Source: Mobula hypostoma (taxonomy: Eukaryota). From it: 64,000 bases of DNA. Below, piece after piece: positions 61,641 through 64,000 of the stretch. Numbering within the stretch: position 1 is the stretch's first letter; the number at the start of each line of letters is the position of its first letter. Under the pieces are notes generated by a model, which was given only the letters and a program-made list of their open reading frames with translations, did not search any database and was not told the DNA's origin. The position numbers were made by a program, and so were the translations under genes. The stretch lies in contig NC_086108.1 of assembly GCF_963921235.1 (NCBI RefSeq), forward strand, positions 93,436,001 to 93,500,000, given 5' to 3'.

Positions 61641-63877
61641 CAACAGGAATTCTGCAGATGCTGGAAATTCAAGCAACACACATCAAAGTTGCTGCTGAAC
61701 GCAGCAGGCCAGGCAGCATCTGTAGGAAGAGATGCAGTCGATGTTTCAGGCCGAGACCCTTCGTCAGGACTAACTGAAGGAAGAGTGAGTAAGGGATTTG
61801 AAAGTTGGAGGGGGACGGGGAGATCCAAAATGATAGGAGGAGACAGGAGGGGGAGGGATAGAGCCAAGAGCTGGACAGGTGATAGGCAAAAGGGGATACG
61901 AGAGGATCATGGGACAGGAGGTCTGGGAAGAAAGACCCGGGGGGGGGGGTACCCAGAGGATGGGCAAGAGGTATATTCAGAGGGACAGAGGGAGAAAAAG
62001 GAGAGTGAGAGAAAGAATGTGTGTGTAAAAATAAGTAACAGATGGGGTACGAGGGGGAGGTGGGGCCTTAGCGGAAGTCAGAGAAGTCGATGTTCATGCC
62101 ATCAGGTTGGAGGCTACCCAGACGGAATATAAGGTGTTGTTCCTCCAACCTGAGTGTGGCTTCATCTTTACAGTAGAGGAGGCCGTGGATAGACATGTCA
62201 GAATGGGAATGGGATGTGGAATTAAAATGTGTGGCCACTGGGAGATCCTGCTTTCTCTGGCGGACAGAGCGTAGATGTTCAGCAAAGCGGTCTCCCAGTC
62301 TGCGTCGGGTCTCGCCAATATATAAAAGGCCACATCGGGAGCACCGGACGCAGTATATCACCCCAGTCGACTCACAGGTGAAGTGTTGCCTCACCTGGAA
62401 GGACTGTTTGGGGCCCTGAATGGTGGTAAGGGAGGAAGTGTAAGGGCATGTGTAGCACTTGTTCCGCTTACACGGATAAGTGCCAGGAGGGAGATCAGTG
62501 GGGAGGGATGGGGGGGATGAATGGACAAGGGAGTTGCGTAGGGAGCGATCCATGCAGAATGCAGAGAGAGGGGGGGAGGGAAAGATGTGCTTAGTGGTGG
62601 GATCCCGTTGGAGGTGGCGGAAATTACGGAGAATAATATGTTGGACCCGGAGGCTGGTGGGGTAGTAGGTGAGGACCAGGGGAACCCTATTCCTAGTGGA
62701 AATTCCTCCGTCTCTGCCGCATCTGCTCTCAGGATGAGGCTTTTCATTCTAGGACGAGGGAGATGTCTTCCTTTTTTAAAGAAAGGGGCTTCCCTTCCTC
62801 CACTATCAACTCTGCTCTTAAACACATCTCCCCCATTTCACGTACATCTGCTCTCACTCCATCCTCCCGCCACCCCACTAGGAATAGGGTTCCCCTGGTC
62901 CTCACCTACCACCCCACCAGCCTCCGGGTCCAACATATTATTCTCCGTAACTTCCGTCACCTCCAACGGGATCCCACCACTAAGCACATCTTTCCCTCCC
63001 CCTCTCTCTGCATTCCGCAGGGATCGCTCCCTACGCAACTCCCTTGTCCGTTTGTCCCCCCCATCTCTCCCCACTGATCTCCCTCCTGGCACTTATCCGT
63101 GTAAGCGGAACAAGTGCTACACATGCCCTTACACTTCCTCCCTTACTACCATTCGGGGCCCCAAACAGTCCTTCCAGGTGAGGCAACACTTCACCTGTGA
63201 GGTGGCTGGGGTGATATGCTGTGTCCGGTGCTCCCGATGTGGCCTTTTATATATTGGCGAGACCCGACGCAGACTGGGAGACCGCTTTGCTGAACATCTA
63301 TGCTCTGTCCGCCAGAGAAAGCAGGATCTCCCAGTGGCCACACATTTTAATTCCATATCCCATTCCCATTCTGACATGTCTATCCACGGCCTCCTCTACT
63401 GTAAGGATGAAGCCACACTCAGGTTGGAGGAACAACACCTTATATTCCGTCTGGGTAGCCTCCAACCTGATGGCATGAACATCGACTTCTCTAACTTCCG
63501 CTAAGGCCCCACCTCCCCCTCGTACCCCATCCGCTTTTTATTTATATACACACATTCTTTCTCTCTTTCTCCTTTTTCTCCCTCTGTCCCTCTCACTTGG
63601 TTCCCCCCCCCCTTTTCTTTCTCCCCAGGCCTCCTGTCCCATGATCCTCTCGTATCCCCTTTTGCCTATCACCTGTCCAGCTCTTGGCTCTATCCCTCCC
63701 CCTCCTGTCTTCTCCTATCATTTCGGATCTCCCCCCCCCCTCCAACTTTCAAATCCCTTACTCACTCTTCCTTCAGTTAGTCCTGACGAAGGGTCTCGAC
63801 CTGAAACGTCGACTGCGCCTCTTCCTACAGATGCTGCCTGGCCTGCTGCGTTCACCAGCAACTTTGATGTGTGTTGC
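61641..63877. mobile_element. Penelope-like (Neptune-type GIY-YIG) inverted-dimer insertion with 15-bp TSD
   Basis: Arms 61641-62699 (-) and 62700-63877 (+) both encode CKRNKCYTC...CVRCSRCGLLYIGETRRRLGDRFAEH. TSD catagtttggccaaa at 61626-61640 and 63878-63892. Confidence 0.93.
63779..63814 (+). ncRNA. Minimal type-I hammerhead ribozyme motif (Penelope-associated)
   Basis: aguc-CUGACGA-aggGUCUCGAccu-GAAA-C-GUC^gacu: both core boxes, stem I (aguc/gacu), stem II (agg/ccu) and palindromic ACGU as minimal stem III. Confidence 0.75.
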
Positions 63878-64000
63878 CATAGTTTGGCCAAATTGTTTTT
63901 GAACTATTTAACTCTGAATGAGTAATTAGACGACATTGCTCACATAATTTGGTTTGAACTGTCACTTTTTGGCTAAATGAAAGGTATACCTGCGAAAGGG

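Noticed and set aside
62587..63504. 305-aa ORF as an intact novel protein
   Set aside because: Chimeric: the N-terminus is antisense of the left arm plus an off-frame stretch. Only the C-terminal GIY-YIG part is genuine, and the RT core is absent.
54542..64000. Next ARHGAP29 coding exon
   Set aside because: No exon with the expected peptide and splice signals was recognised; probably downstream of the window.
1..64000. CRISPR arrays, operons or prokaryotic defence systems (prompted by RT and nuclease ORFs)
   Set aside because: The sequence is intron-containing vertebrate DNA. The RT and GIY-YIG ORFs belong to retrotransposons, and no repeat-spacer array was seen.

Overview
Eukaryotic vertebrate genomic DNA. 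The repeat content (CR1, Rex/Babar and RTE LINEs, Penelope-like elements, tRNA-derived SINEs, Tigger/mariner/hAT DNA elements) suggests a cartilaginous fish such as a ray or shark; this is inference. Two genes start here head-to-head, each in a CpG island about 35 kb apart. ABCD3 (PMP70) is on the minus strand with coding exons 1-3 at 16263-16154, 9892-9859 and 9752-9654. ARHGAP29 is on the plus strand with a probable non-coding exon ending at 51944 and its first coding exon at 54283-54541. Most of the rest is nested, fragmented transposable elements, and nearly all other ORFs in the track are TE remnants or noise. The most notable structure is a Penelope-like (GIY-YIG) family carrying a minimal hammerhead-ribozyme motif in many copies, including two palindromic insertions each bounded by one target-site duplication (22016-22244 and 61641-63877). 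Also notable: a SINE and an RTE LINE sharing a 3' tail, a twin-priming-type inversion in that RTE, and a fold-back mariner MITE built from two right ends. I see no wholly new gene system; the findings are unusual instances of known element classes. Family names come from motif recall, not database searches.
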